A stretch of 64,000 bases of DNA, taken from NCBI GenBank assembly GCA_963676615.1, contig OY781092.1:1376001-1440000 (forward strand), read 5' to 3'. This DNA comes from Candidatus Cloacimonadota bacterium. Lineage in GTDB: Bacteria; Cloacimonadota; Cloacimonadia; G963667145. Under the pieces are notes generated by a model. The model saw only the letters and a list, made by a program, of their open reading frames with translations. It did no database searches and had not been told where the DNA came from. A program made the position numbers and the translations under genes. Below are positions 63,843 through 64,000 of this stretch, piece by piece. Within the stretch, counting starts at the first letter, position 1; every line of letters starts with the position of its first letter.

Positions 63843-64000
63843 ATGAAAATAAAACCTTTAGACAAAAGAGTTGTCATTGAGATGAGCCAAGCTGAAGAAA
63901 AGACTGTCGGAGGCATTATTTTGCCCGATTCAGCCAAAGAAAAACCGCAAACTGGGAAAATCGTAGCTGTCGGAAGTGACGCCGATTTGCAAAAACTGGT
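63843..64000 (+). CDS. groES: Co-chaperonin GroES (3'-truncated by the window edge)
   Basis: [13 protein letters not shown]...[37 protein letters not shown]. Confidence 0.96.
   Translation, partial: MKIKPLDKRVVIEMSQAEEKTVGGIILPDSAKEKPQTGKIVAVGSDADLQKL

Overview
This is bacterial chromosomal DNA from a probable anaerobe (it carries [FeFe]-hydrogenase maturases). Some features tentatively point to the FCB superphylum, but this is unverified. From left to right: (1) an AT-rich type III restriction-modification locus whose mod gene has a 1-nt frameshift near its 3' end; (2) a TrmH-family methyltransferase, radC, a Bro-N/Fic fusion, a HigBA-like toxin-antitoxin pair and nadE; (3) a gene with a histone-H1-like Lys/Ala tract, split by a complete 1316-bp IS256 with an 8-bp target duplication; (4) a long minus-strand housekeeping run (dnaE, Mut7-C, proB, proC, ruvX, mltG, pgeF, DUF342, mnmE, RNase G, folC); (5) a ~1-kb intergenic mosaic of REP-like motifs, direct repeats and a strongly self-complementary ~460-nt element; (6) one uninterrupted ~29.8-kb gene for a ~9,930-aa predicted lipoprotein with a fibronectin-III-like stalk and four GLUG-type modules; it apparently starts at ATC and is full of D-S/T motifs resembling O-glycosylation sequons; (7) a PLP aminotransferase, a stand-alone trpB with a Trp-Trp leader peptide, a GntR regulator, hydE-hydF, a frameshifted xseA, ispD, an HtrA-like protein lacking its catalytic triad, and the start of groES with a CIRCE box. 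The strongest leads are the megadalton surface protein, the structured intergenic element beside it, and a recurring promoter pattern TTGAC(A/T)-N23-G with no canonical -10 box (8 of 9 sites examined). No rRNA, tRNA or CRISPR array was recognised.
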